From Bacillota bacterium (GTDB taxonomy: Bacteria > Bacillota > Desulfotomaculia > Desulfotomaculales > Desulfocucumaceae), in contig JBMOPD010000007.1 in the NCBI GenBank assembly GCA_049323615.1, forward strand, positions 39,232 to 71,231: DNA of 32,000 nucleotides, read 5' to 3'. Below the pieces are notes generated by a model. The model had not been told where the DNA came from and did not search any database. It was given only the letters and a program-made list of their open reading frames with translations. Shown here piece after piece: positions 8,848 to 17,664 of this stretch (within the stretch, counting starts at the first letter, position 1; every line of letters begins with the position of its first letter). The position numbers and the translations under genes were made by a program.

Positions 8848-9909
8848 CTACTCTTCCAGGGCTTCCAGGATTGCCTGCCAGTTGCAGTACTCCACTATAT
8901 TCTCCAGTGTTATCCTTACTCCCGCCTTGTCTCCGGGAGTTATATGCCTGGATATCCTGGAAATCTTGTCGATGGTGGTATACGTGTCGTAATGGACCAG
9001 GATTACCGGCACGCCCTTCTCTTCGGCCCTGGCCAGCACCTTGACGTCGGGGTAAAGCCCGCCGGTCAGGATCAGCGCCGATGTGCTGGTTTCCAGGGCG
9101 GCCAGCGCCAGGTCGGCCCTGTCCCCGCCGAGAACAACGGCCTTATCGGCGGAGCGGCGCAGGTACCTGATGGCTCCGTCCAGGGTCATGGCCCCCACCA
9201 TGATATCCTCCACCAGCAGGCCCAGCCGGTCATGGCCGGCCAGTATTTCCCCGCCCAGTTCCTTGTAAAATTCCTCCACCGTGGGGGCTGCTATCTCCGG
9301 GCGCCTGGGGATTACGCCCAGGGTCTTAAACCCCCGCTCTTCCAGGATGGGGGCGAAGATCCCCTTTGTCTTGGAGACCAGGGGCCAGGGGATGTTGTTG
9401 AACAGGTTGCCCACCACGGACACAGTTTTAGCCTCCAGGTGCTCGTTCAGGAAAAGGGCCTGGTCAACGCTGAAGTCATTTTCTATCTTTATGGTCACCA
9501 GCACCTTGGCTCCCAGCTTAAGGGCCAGGGCAACGTCGCACAGTCCCCAGCTCTTATAAATATAAGGCTTGACGGCACCATCGATAAGCACTATATCCGC
9601 GCCCCGGGCCACCCTCTGGTAGGAGCTTATAATGGCTTCCACCGATTCCCTCTTTTTGCCCCCGGAAAGGTACGACTGCCCGGCCCGGCAGGGCACGATG
9701 TCGCTGATGGGACTTTCCATGTTGAGGATCTCCTTCATCAGCACGGCATCCTCGTCTTCCTGGCCGTTGGCCCGCAGGGGAGCCCCCACGGGCTTAAAAT
9801 AAGCAACCTTTTTGCCTTCCCGCTGAAATTTGAGGGCCAGCCCCAAAACCACCATTGTCTTGCCGCTGCCGGGATAACCGATGACATACAAATTTTTCAT
9901 TTTATTCAC
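8848..9909 (-). CDS. Phosphotransacetylase-family regulatory-type protein (BioD-like P-loop plus DRTGG-like domain)
   Basis: 353 aa, NLYVIGYPGSGKTMVVLGLALKFQREGKKVAYFKP; C-terminal DRLGLLVEDIMVGAMTLDGAIRYL... AVVLGGDRADLALAAL; abuts the acyl-CoA synthetase. Confidence 0.8.
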   Translation of the reverse strand: MNKMKNLYVIGYPGSGKTMVVLGLALKFQREGKKVAYFKPVGAPLRANGQEDEDAVLMKEILNMESPISDIVPCRAGQSYLSGGKKRESVEAIISSYQRVARGADIVLIDGAVKPYIYKSWGLCDVALALKLGAKVLVTIKIENDFSVDQALFLNEHLEAKTVSVVGNLFNNIPWPLVSKTKGIFAPILEERGFKTLGVIPRRPEIAAPTVEEFYKELGGEILAGHDRLGLLVEDIMVGAMTLDGAIRYLRRSADKAVVLGGDRADLALAALETSTSALILTGGLYPDVKVLARAEEKGVPVILVHYDTYTTIDKISRISRHITPGDKAGVRITLENIVEYCNWQAILEALEE

Positions 9910-9910
9910 C

Positions 9911-12016
9911 TCACGAAACCGAAATGGTAATTTTTATATCGAGGGCGCTTAAACCTTCCGCATAGGCAAAAACCGGGTTGACGTCGATTTCAGTGATTTC
10001 CGGAAAGTCCATGGCCAGGCAGGCGACACGCCCCACCGCATCCACCAGGGCACTTATGTCCCTGGGCTTTTCACCCCGGTAACCCCTCAGAAGAGTATAC
10101 GCCTTGGTCTCGGTAAGCATCTTTTCAATTTCCCTGCGGGAAAGCCTCCTGGCCAGGCGGAAAGACACGTCTTTAAGCAGGTTTACATAAATTCCGCCCA
10201 GCCCCACCGCGATCATGGGGCCGAACTGGACATCCCTGGTCATCCCGATGATCAGTTCGGTCCCTTTGGGCATCATCTTCTGCACCTCGACCCCGTAGAT
10301 ATCGGCCTGGGGCATGTATCGGTAGGAATTTTCCATTATTTCCAGGAAGCCGCTGTACACCTCCTCCGCTGTGTTCAGCCCCACCTTCACTCCGCCCACA
10401 TCGGTCTTGTGCAGTATTTTCGGCGAGGCCACCTTGAGCACCACCGGATACCCCAGTTTACCGGCCTCCTCTACTGCCTCCTCGGGGTTGGCGGCCAGCA
10501 CTATGGGCGCCGCCGGTATCCCGTAGGCCCGGGCCACGTCGGCCGCCTCGCTGCCCAGCAAAACCAGGCGGTTGTCCCTGAGCACATCGTAAAACACCGC
10601 TTTTACCGCCTTCTTGTCGATATCGGCAAACTTGACTGTCCCGCCGGTATCCGGAGAATTCCTGTATTCATTGTACCGGACCATCTCGCTGATGGAGGCG
10701 ATTACGGGCTCGGGAAAAGTATAGCAGGGAATCCCGGCCTCTTTTAATATATTCTTGCCCTCGGCCATGGAGGGCCCGCCGATGTAAGTCACGTAAAACA
10801 CCTTGTCCGGGTATTTATTCTTCATGTCTATAACCACCCTGGAAGTTTCCGATGGGTTGTTGGTGGCCGTGGGACAGGCAATCACCACCACGCTGTCCAC
10901 ATTGGGATCGCTGCACACCTTATCTATGGCAAACTGGTACCGGTCGGCCATGGCGTCCCCCAACACGTCCACCGGGTTGTAAATACCGGCCTCGGCCGGC
11001 AGGCCACCCCTCAGGGCATCCAGTGTCTCCTTGGTGAAACGGGACATGGTCAGCCCCTTAAGCTCGATGTTATCTGAAGTAATAATGCCGGGGCCTCCGG
11101 AATTGGTCACAATGGCCACTTTGGGCCCTTTGGGCACCGGCGACTTGGCAAAGGCTACGGCCAGGTCGAACAGCTCGGTAATGGTGCGCGCCCGGATCAC
11201 CCCGCACTGCCTGAATGCAATATCGTACGCCAGGTCGCTCCCGGCCAGGGCGCCGGTATGGGATGAGGCGGCCTGGGCACCGGCCTGGCTGGTCCCCGAC
11301 TTGTATATAATTACGGGCTTCTTCCGGGCGGCCTGGCTGACCACGTCCAGAAACCGGGGGCCGTCGGTGACATCCTCGATGTAACACAAAATAACCCTGG
11401 TATAGGGGTCGTCAGCGGCCTCCTGGATAAAGTCCATCTCCGAGAGGTCGGCCTTGTTTCCCAGGCTCACAATCTTTGAAAAACCCAGCCCCACCTCGTG
11501 GCTCCAGTCCAGTATAGCCACCAGCATGGCCCCGCTCTGGGAGAAAAAGGCCATATCCCCCTTTAAGGGGAAACCCTTGACAAAGGTTGTATTGATGGGC
11601 ACGTGGGTATCCATCATACCGGCGCAGTTTGGCCCCAGCATTCTCATGCCGTACTGCCGGCACAGGGCCAGCAGCTTTTTTTCCATATCCAGGCCTTCCC
11701 TGCCGATTTCCTTAAAGCCCGCGGTAATGGTCACCAGATTCTTGACCCCGTTCTCGCCGCACTCCCCGGCCACCTCCAGCACCCTGGCGGCAGGCACCAC
11801 TATCACCGCCACATCAACTTTTTCCGGCAGGCCGCTGATCGAAGGGTATGCCTTTAAGTTCTCAATTTCACTTTCTTTTGGATTAATGGGGTAAATTCTT
11901 CCTCCGTACCCTGATGAAATCAGGTTTCTGACTATGGCATTGCTTATTTTTCCCGGCGATCTGGATGCCCCTATAACGGCCACGGACGCCGCATCAAAGA
12001 AGCTTTTGATGCTCAT
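9911..12016 (-). CDS. Fused ADP-forming acetyl/acyl-CoA synthetase (alpha-beta)
   Basis: 701 aa; CoA-binding FDAASVAVIGASRSPGKISNAIVRNL, succinyl-CoA-ligase-like middle, C-terminal ATP-grasp GYPVVLKVASPKILHKTDVGGVKVGL. Confidence 0.93.
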   Translation of the reverse strand: MSIKSFFDAASVAVIGASRSPGKISNAIVRNLISSGYGGRIYPINPKESEIENLKAYPSISGLPEKVDVAVIVVPAARVLEVAGECGENGVKNLVTITAGFKEIGREGLDMEKKLLALCRQYGMRMLGPNCAGMMDTHVPINTTFVKGFPLKGDMAFFSQSGAMLVAILDWSHEVGLGFSKIVSLGNKADLSEMDFIQEAADDPYTRVILCYIEDVTDGPRFLDVVSQAARKKPVIIYKSGTSQAGAQAASSHTGALAGSDLAYDIAFRQCGVIRARTITELFDLAVAFAKSPVPKGPKVAIVTNSGGPGIITSDNIELKGLTMSRFTKETLDALRGGLPAEAGIYNPVDVLGDAMADRYQFAIDKVCSDPNVDSVVVIACPTATNNPSETSRVVIDMKNKYPDKVFYVTYIGGPSMAEGKNILKEAGIPCYTFPEPVIASISEMVRYNEYRNSPDTGGTVKFADIDKKAVKAVFYDVLRDNRLVLLGSEAADVARAYGIPAAPIVLAANPEEAVEEAGKLGYPVVLKVASPKILHKTDVGGVKVGLNTAEEVYSGFLEIMENSYRYMPQADIYGVEVQKMMPKGTELIIGMTRDVQFGPMIAVGLGGIYVNLLKDVSFRLARRLSRREIEKMLTETKAYTLLRGYRGEKPRDISALVDAVGRVACLAMDFPEITEIDVNPVFAYAEGLSALDIKITISVS

Positions 12017-12220
12017 TGGATCACCCCTTTTATCCTCAAAGTCCGGCTGTCATGGTTTTTCCGGAATATAGCAAGACTAATATTTTTAATTATAAATCGG
12101 CTGTTATATCAAGTAAATAGCTAATTAGCGAGTTTGTGCATAATAGTACTATTTTCAATTTAGTGATAATTTAGCTTATCCAGAAAATATTATGGGTCAG
12201 TGGGAGTCCGGTTATTTTTA

Positions 12221-12532
12221 ATGACCTTCAGGCAGAATATATTGACAGGAAAAGCAAGGGAGGTGTATGACTTGTCTTTTGAGATCCTGACCAGGGTTGA
12301 CCGGGACCTTTCGGTGGAACCCAGTTACATAGTCAGGTACCAGGTATTCGAGGACGGCCATTTTCTGGGGGACGGGGTGGTGCAGTACCACAGGCTGGCG
12401 GAAGCCAACGATTTTGCCATACCCGGCACAATCCGCCGGAAGGACGGAAGGCCCCTCCCCGTTGAAGCCAGGGGCAAGATTATCCGGAGCATACACGATG
12501 CCGTCAAACCATATATAACAGCCGGCCACTAA
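12221..12532 (+). CDS. Conserved-looking hypothetical protein of unknown function
   Basis: MTFRQNILTGKAREVYDLSFEILTRVDRDLSVEPSYIVRYQVFEDGHFLGDGVVQYHRLAEAND...; GGGAG-like site upstream; GTG at 12200 is an alternative start. Confidence 0.55.
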   Translation: MTFRQNILTGKAREVYDLSFEILTRVDRDLSVEPSYIVRYQVFEDGHFLGDGVVQYHRLAEANDFAIPGTIRRKDGRPLPVEARGKIIRSIHDAVKPYITAGH

Positions 12533-12544
12533 AAACAGGGCGGC

Positions 12545-12961
12545 CTATACTATCCTGGCAACCCTTGAGTAGGGGTGCCCCTTGGCGTTGATCTCCAGGG
12601 TGTTGAACCAGCCAAAGGGCGTGCGCAAGGCATCAAACCCCTTTTGTTTTAAAATTTCTTTTACCCCGTCCATAATCTCCAGGGAGGACTCCGGGGGCCC
12701 CAGCCTGGCAAAAAGGTGGGCAAAGGGGTGCAGCACGATGGTGTTCACCTTCAGGTTGCGGGCGTTCTTTTCTATCTCGGCAGCCGCCCTTGCCGCAACT
12801 TCTTCCGGTCTTTCCTCGTCGCCGGCCTCAACACTCAGCAGCACCACCACCGACTCCCCGACGCTGGTTTCCCGGGGTTCCGGCGGCTCCACCACTTTGG
12901 ACCGCCCCTTTTCGGTTATGCAGCTGCGGAAGCTGTTGACGTGCATCATTATAAATCGCAT
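12545..12961 (-). CDS. Free-standing archaeal-type threonyl-tRNA synthetase editing domain
   Basis: 138 aa; TIVLHPFAHLFARLGPPESSLEIM, TPFGWFNTLEINAKGHPYSRVAR, matching the PYAHL / PFGWYK / KGHP motifs of archaeal ThrRS N-terminal editing domains. Confidence 0.85.
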   Translation of the reverse strand: MRFIMMHVNSFRSCITEKGRSKVVEPPEPRETSVGESVVVLLSVEAGDEERPEEVAARAAAEIEKNARNLKVNTIVLHPFAHLFARLGPPESSLEIMDGVKEILKQKGFDALRTPFGWFNTLEINAKGHPYSRVARIV

Positions 12962-13041
12962 GAATGACCTCCTTTTCTATCCTGCATTCTTAATTCAGGC
13001 AGTCTTCCAGATATAATTTATTGCTAATATTTTCATCAACA

Positions 13042-13062
13042 CTCCTGTCTCCTGTCTTCTGT
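13042..13062. repeat. 7-bp-period tandem repeat (CTCCTGT CTCCTGT CTTCTGT)
   Basis: Three heptamer units read directly. Confidence 0.9.
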
Positions 13063-13074
13063 CTCCCAATTTCC

Positions 13075-13896
13075 CTAATCTGTTCCCTCCATGATTAATC
13101 TGCTTTTAGTCCTGGGCACCCGGGGCAGGGTGCGGGGCCAGAGATTTTCCAGGTCCGCACCCTGCAGGGCCGAAAGCACCTTTTCCCTCAGGTCGGGATA
13201 CTTTGACTTAAGCCCTTTTACCACGGCCTTTATCTCTTCCCGCTTGGTGAAACCGCTGACCGGGCAGGGATTCTCAATTACCGGCACCTTCTCCATGACA
13301 GCCAGCTCCCTTATGGTTTCCTGGCCCAGGTAGACCAGGGGCCTGATCATGTACAGTCCGGTCCTGTCCAAAAAGGTGTTGGGAGAAAAGGTCCTGAACT
13401 GCCCGGTATAAAAAAGACTCATAAAGAAGGTGTCCACCACGTCGTCCAGGTGGTGGCCCAGGGCTACCCTGTTGCACCCCAGTTTCAGGGCCAGTTCGTT
13501 CAGCGCCCCCCGCCTGAGGGTGGAACAAAGGGCGCAGGGATTTTTTTCGTTCCTCACGTCAAAAACTATCTGCCCGATGTCGGTGGCCTGGTAAATAAAA
13601 TCTATCTCCATCCGCCGGCAGTATTCCTCAAGCGGTGTGATGTCCATACCAAACCCCAGGTCCAGGTAAATACCGTGTATCGCGAATTTAACGGGGGCTG
13701 TCCGCCTGACCGCGTCCAGGGCGTACAAAAGCACGCCGCTGTCCTTTCCCCCGGACAGTCCCACCGCCAGGCGGTCACCGCCGGCGATCATGCCGTAATC
13801 GACAATGGCCCTTTTTACTTTGGCCAGGGCCCACCGCCGGAAATCCTTCTTCCCCATGGGCTGCTCCTTTAATTTGTCACGCACCCTGTTTAACAT
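13075..13896 (-). CDS. PP-loop ATPase, TtcA-like tRNA thiolation family
   Basis: 273 aa; AVGLSGGKDSGVLLYAL PP-loop; NPCALCSTLRRGALNELALKLG; GHHLDDVVDTFFMSLFYTG. Confidence 0.82.
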   Translation of the reverse strand: MLNRVRDKLKEQPMGKKDFRRWALAKVKRAIVDYGMIAGGDRLAVGLSGGKDSGVLLYALDAVRRTAPVKFAIHGIYLDLGFGMDITPLEEYCRRMEIDFIYQATDIGQIVFDVRNEKNPCALCSTLRRGALNELALKLGCNRVALGHHLDDVVDTFFMSLFYTGQFRTFSPNTFLDRTGLYMIRPLVYLGQETIRELAVMEKVPVIENPCPVSGFTKREEIKAVVKGLKSKYPDLREKVLSALQGADLENLWPRTLPRVPRTKSRLIMEGTD

Positions 13897-13988
13897 AAAA
13901 TATCCCCGAAAACAGGAATTAAAACCGTCTACGGAATAATTTGCGGAAGGCAGTACCAGATTATCGCCAGGCGGACCCAGCAGAGAGA

Positions 13989-15023
13989 TTAAAAGCGCCA
14001 GTATCTTCCGAGCCTGGATACCACCCGGGCGATTACCGCGGCGGTGCCAGCCCCTGCGGCTTCATTTCTTTTCGCTCTTTTTTCCTCCCCGGGGCCGGAG
14101 AACGACTTCAGCACTTCCACCGTGCACCGGGCCAGGCCCCCCAGGGCATACCCGCCCTCGAGGGCGGCCACCAAACGCCCGCCGCATACCTGCCGGGCCA
14201 GCCCGGCCACAACGGCCCCCAGCCGGCCGAAGCCCTCGGTGCTCAGCCCCATTCCGCCGATAGGGTCCCCCCGCCAGGCGTCCTGCCCGGCGGCCACCAT
14301 GATCATGTCCGGCCGGTACTGCCTGCAGACCGGAACCAGCACCCTGTCGAATACCTCAAGGTAATCCGGGTCCCCGGCGCCGCCGGGCAAAGGCACGTTT
14401 ATGTTGTAACCCGCACCGGGGCCCTCTCCGACATCCTCCGGCCACCCGGTACCCGGGTAGCCCATGGCCCGGTGCACCGAAAAATACAGCACGGCGGGAT
14501 CATTGTAAAAAATCCGCTCGATTCCGTTGCCGTGGTGGGCGTCCCAGTCCACCACCAGCACCCTTTCCAGCCCCCGCCCCAGGACGTGACGGGCGGCCAC
14601 GGCCAGGTTGTTGAAAAAGCAGAACCCCATTCCCAGCGACGGTTTGGCGTGGTGCCCCGGCGGCCTGACCAGGGCGAAACAATTCTCCACCTCACCGTTT
14701 AAAACCGCCTCCACGGCCGTGATCGCCCCGCCGGCCGCCAGAACGGCCGCCTCAAAGGTACGGGAGGACCCCACGTTGCCGCCCATGAAGGAACCCCCGC
14801 CCCGGCGCGAAAACTCCTCCACTTTCTCTATGTATTCCATGTGGTGGACCAGGGTCAGTTCCCCCACAGTGGCCGGGCGGGGTTCGATAATTTTCAGGCT
14901 GCTCTTGATACCGGCCGCTGCTATCCCTTCCATAATCGTCTTTAGCCGGTCCGGCCTCTCCACGTGACTACCGGTATCGTGTTCCAGGTATGCGTCGTGA
15001 TAAACCAGGCCGGTCACAGCCAC
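13989..15023 (-). CDS. Class II-type histone deacetylase / AcuC-like deacetylase family protein
   Basis: 344 aa; FALVRPPGHHAKPSLGMGFCFFNNLAVAA, VLVVDWDAHHGNGIERIFY, YNINVPLPGGAGD. Confidence 0.93.
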   Translation of the reverse strand: MAVTGLVYHDAYLEHDTGSHVERPDRLKTIMEGIAAAGIKSSLKIIEPRPATVGELTLVHHMEYIEKVEEFSRRGGGSFMGGNVGSSRTFEAAVLAAGGAITAVEAVLNGEVENCFALVRPPGHHAKPSLGMGFCFFNNLAVAARHVLGRGLERVLVVDWDAHHGNGIERIFYNDPAVLYFSVHRAMGYPGTGWPEDVGEGPGAGYNINVPLPGGAGDPDYLEVFDRVLVPVCRQYRPDMIMVAAGQDAWRGDPIGGMGLSTEGFGRLGAVVAGLARQVCGGRLVAALEGGYALGGLARCTVEVLKSFSGPGEEKRAKRNEAAGAGTAAVIARVVSRLGRYWRF

Positions 15024-15052
15024 TTATCATCCATCCCGTGAAGCTTTTTCGT

Positions 15053-15073
15053 CAGAATCCAGAATTCAGAAGT
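15053..15073. repeat. Heptamer repeat (CAGAATC CAGAATT CAGAAGT)
   Basis: Three 7-nt units read directly. Confidence 0.8.
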
Positions 15074-15261
15074 TAAAAAGACCAATCCCCGAAAAGTTTG
15101 CCTGCTCCGGTATTAATTTTACAGTGTCCGCCAAATTTAGGCAACTGTATAGGGTACCCACCCGTCACTGTCCCTTTTCCTCCCCCAAAATAAAAGACAC
15201 CCCTTCCGGGATGTCCCTAAAGGCTTACCCTGAAAATCTTTCCCGTCAGAATCCAAAAAGC

Positions 15262-15275
15262 CAGAATACAGAATA
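15262..15275. repeat. Heptamer repeat (CAGAATA)x2
   Basis: Exact adjacent copies; another CAGAATC lies at 15247. Confidence 0.75.
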
Positions 15276-15289
15276 GATGCACTGTACTT

Positions 15290-15922
15290 TTATTCTGAAT
15301 TCTGACTGCTGGCGGCTGATTGCTGACAGCCGACTGCTATTTTCAAGAAAACTTTCCTTTCCTCAAGGCCCATCCAGCGCTTGAAAAGTCCGTGGGGGAC
15401 CCCTACCAGGTCCAGGGCCTTCCCCACCGTCTGGTTGATTACATCGTCCAGCTGTTTGGGCTGGTGGTAAAAGGCCGGAACCGGAGGCATCAGTATCCCG
15501 CCGGCCATGGTGACCTGCTCCATCAGCCTGATGTGCCCCAGGTGCAGCGGGGTTTCCCGCAACAGCAGGACCAGCCTCCTTCTTTCCTTGAGCACCACAT
15601 CGGCGGCCCTGGCCATCAGGTTGTCGTTGTAAGAACAGGCTATGGCCGAAAGGGTCTTAACAGAACAGGGAGCGATGATCATGCCGGCGGTCTGAAAAGA
15701 TCCGCTGGCGATTGAAGCCCCGACGTTTTCCATGTCGTATGTCCTGTGGGCCAGTCCCCTGACATAATTTAAATCGTAGGATGTCTCATGGGTTATGGTT
15801 ATTTCGGCCACCCTGGATATAATCAGGTGGGTTTCAATATTTTTTTCGGACGCCAGCACCTCCAGCAACCGGATGCCGTAAATGGCCCCGCTGGCGCCGC
15901 TTATGCCGACGATAATTCTCAT
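15290..15922 (-). CDS. ubiX: UbiX-family flavin prenyltransferase
   Basis: 210 aa; MRIIVGISGASGAIYGIRLLEVL; ASGSFQTAGMIIAPCSVKTLSAIA; RRRLVLLLRETPLHLGHIRLM; MPPVPAFY. Confidence 0.95.
   Translation of the reverse strand: MRIIVGISGASGAIYGIRLLEVLASEKNIETHLIISRVAEITITHETSYDLNYVRGLAHRTYDMENVGASIASGSFQTAGMIIAPCSVKTLSAIACSYNDNLMARAADVVLKERRRLVLLLRETPLHLGHIRLMEQVTMAGGILMPPVPAFYHQPKQLDDVINQTVGKALDLVGVPHGLFKRWMGLEERKVFLKIAVGCQQSAASSQNSE
15292..15340. repeat. Degenerate 7-bp-period array overlapping the 3' end of ubiX
   Basis: ATTCTGA ATTCTGA CTGCTGG CGGCTGA TTGCTGA CAGCCGA CTGCTAT, seven units in register. Confidence 0.7.
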
Positions 15923-15986
15923 CGGAAACCCTCTTTCTTCAAAAAATGGGGCTGCCTCCGGGTACGCCGGGGGCTGTTGGTTTTCA

Positions 15987-17642
15987 TTATTGTATTTTGC
16001 CTTCTTCCTTCAGTTTGTCGGTCACCATCTGCCTCAAGGCCACCTTGTTGATCTTGGAATCCCCGGCCAACGGGAAACTGTCCACCAGTTCCAGCCTTTC
16101 GGGCAGCTTATACATGGCCAGCTTTTTGGTCTTCAGGTAGCCCACCATCTCCTCAAAGGTCAGGGGCTCCGCCGAAGAGGCCGGAATTACAAAGGCGCAG
16201 GCCTTCTCACCCATCACCGGGTCGGGCATGGCGACGACGGCGGCGTTGGAAACCTTGGGATGGGCGATGAGCAGGCTTTCGATTTCACCGGGGTAAATAT
16301 TCTGGCCCCCCCGGATGATAATATCCTTTTTCCGGCCGGCAATCACTATATAGCCGTCCTCGTCAATCTTGGCCAGGTCCCCCGGGCAGGCCCAGCCCTC
16401 GGCGTCAACGGCCTCGGTAAAGGTTTTTTCGGGATCCCGGTAGTACCCGCTGGAGCTTTGGGGGCCTCTGAAGTAGAGAAGGCCCACTTCACCGCGGGGA
16501 ACTTCCTGCCCGCTGTCGTCCACCAGCTTGATCTCGTTGCCTACAAGCGGCCTGCCCACCGTTGAGCGCCTTTTTTCCGGGGAATCCCCGGTGGAGGTGC
16601 CGGAAATGGACCCGGTATCCTGGGAGCCGTAGGTGCTTAAAATGGGGCATCCCATTTTTCTTTCCACTTCCTCGGCCAGGGTTGGGGAAAGGTAGCCGCC
16701 GCTGCACCTGATTATCCTCAGGGAGGACAGGTCGTACTTCTCCAGGGGTTCTTGGATCATGGCGGCCAGTTGGGCCGGGACCACACAGGGAACGGTGACC
16801 CTTTCCTTTTCAAAGAACTCCAGGGCTCCCACCGGGGTATATTCGTGCAGCAGCGCAATTTTCGCTCCCACCTGGGGCGCCACAAAATAGGTGGGTGTTC
16901 CGCCGGGCGCCCCGGGCCAGGGGGCAACGGCGCAGACCACATCGTCGGCGCTTAGTTTCCAGTTTTGAGCATGGGTTTTGGAGCTCCACAGGCGGGCCGC
17001 GATGGTCCACTCAACTATTTTGGGCAGGCCGGTGGTGCCCGTGGTGCTGGTCAGAAATCCCACCTCGGTGGCCTTGAGCCTTCTGGAGAGCAGGTATTCC
17101 CCGCTGTATTTTTCCACCGGGGCCTTTTGAACCATTTCGGAGTATGAAGCCGCCCCATCCGGGACTTCATCTCCGACCACAATGACGTGCTTCAGCTTGG
17201 GTAAACCGGGGCGGACCTCCCGGATCATTTCAAAATAATCAAAATTCCTGTATTTCCACGGTATTATCACCGCCGAGGCCTCAATCCGCCCCAGGATTTC
17301 GGTCAGCTCCGAGTGCCGGTATACATGCATCAGAGCTATGGAAATCAGCCCGGCCTTTTCGGCGGCCACCCTGGCGATAAATCCCTCCACCCGGTTGGGC
17401 AGCTGGATGGCAATGCGGTCGTCCTTTCCCAGTCCCAGCTCGATCAGCCCCACCGCAAGCCGGTCTATCTGCTGTTTGGCCTGGGACCAGGTAAGCCTGT
17501 TCCCTATTGAATCTATCAGGGCTTCCTTGTCGGGAAATTTGCGGGCATTCTCCTCCCAGTAGTCGGAGATAACCTCGCCGGTCCAGTAGCCCTGTTGGCT
17601 AAATTCCTCAGCTTCCTTTTCATTGAACCTTACCGGTATCAA
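15987..17642 (-). CDS. AMP-forming acyl/aryl ligase (candidate 4-hydroxybenzoate-CoA ligase)
   Basis: 551 aa; FLTSTTGTTGLPKIVEW, GWACPGDLAKIDEDGYIVIAGRKKDIIIRGGQNIYPGEIE, DSKINKVAL; EntE/DhbE-like N-terminus GYWTGEVISDYWEENARKFPD. Confidence 0.87.
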   Translation of the reverse strand: MIPVRFNEKEAEEFSQQGYWTGEVISDYWEENARKFPDKEALIDSIGNRLTWSQAKQQIDRLAVGLIELGLGKDDRIAIQLPNRVEGFIARVAAEKAGLISIALMHVYRHSELTEILGRIEASAVIIPWKYRNFDYFEMIREVRPGLPKLKHVIVVGDEVPDGAASYSEMVQKAPVEKYSGEYLLSRRLKATEVGFLTSTTGTTGLPKIVEWTIAARLWSSKTHAQNWKLSADDVVCAVAPWPGAPGGTPTYFVAPQVGAKIALLHEYTPVGALEFFEKERVTVPCVVPAQLAAMIQEPLEKYDLSSLRIIRCSGGYLSPTLAEEVERKMGCPILSTYGSQDTGSISGTSTGDSPEKRRSTVGRPLVGNEIKLVDDSGQEVPRGEVGLLYFRGPQSSSGYYRDPEKTFTEAVDAEGWACPGDLAKIDEDGYIVIAGRKKDIIIRGGQNIYPGEIESLLIAHPKVSNAAVVAMPDPVMGEKACAFVIPASSAEPLTFEEMVGYLKTKKLAMYKLPERLELVDSFPLAGDSKINKVALRQMVTDKLKEEGKIQ

Positions 17643-17664
17643 ACGGGAATCCCCCTTTCGTTAT

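Noticed and set aside
5152-9930. Long plus-strand ORFs (308 aa at 5152-6078, 328 aa at 8944-9930) and similar antisense ORFs elsewhere
   Set aside because: Antisense to strongly supported RND and Pta-like genes; composition typical of reverse-complement reading of GC-rich codons.
15117-15128. Shared 12-mer TTTTACAGTGTC at 15117 and 23784, considered as an IS end or common regulator site
   Set aside because: Tens of identical 12-mer pairs are expected by chance in 32 kb, and no transposase or extended similarity accompanies them.
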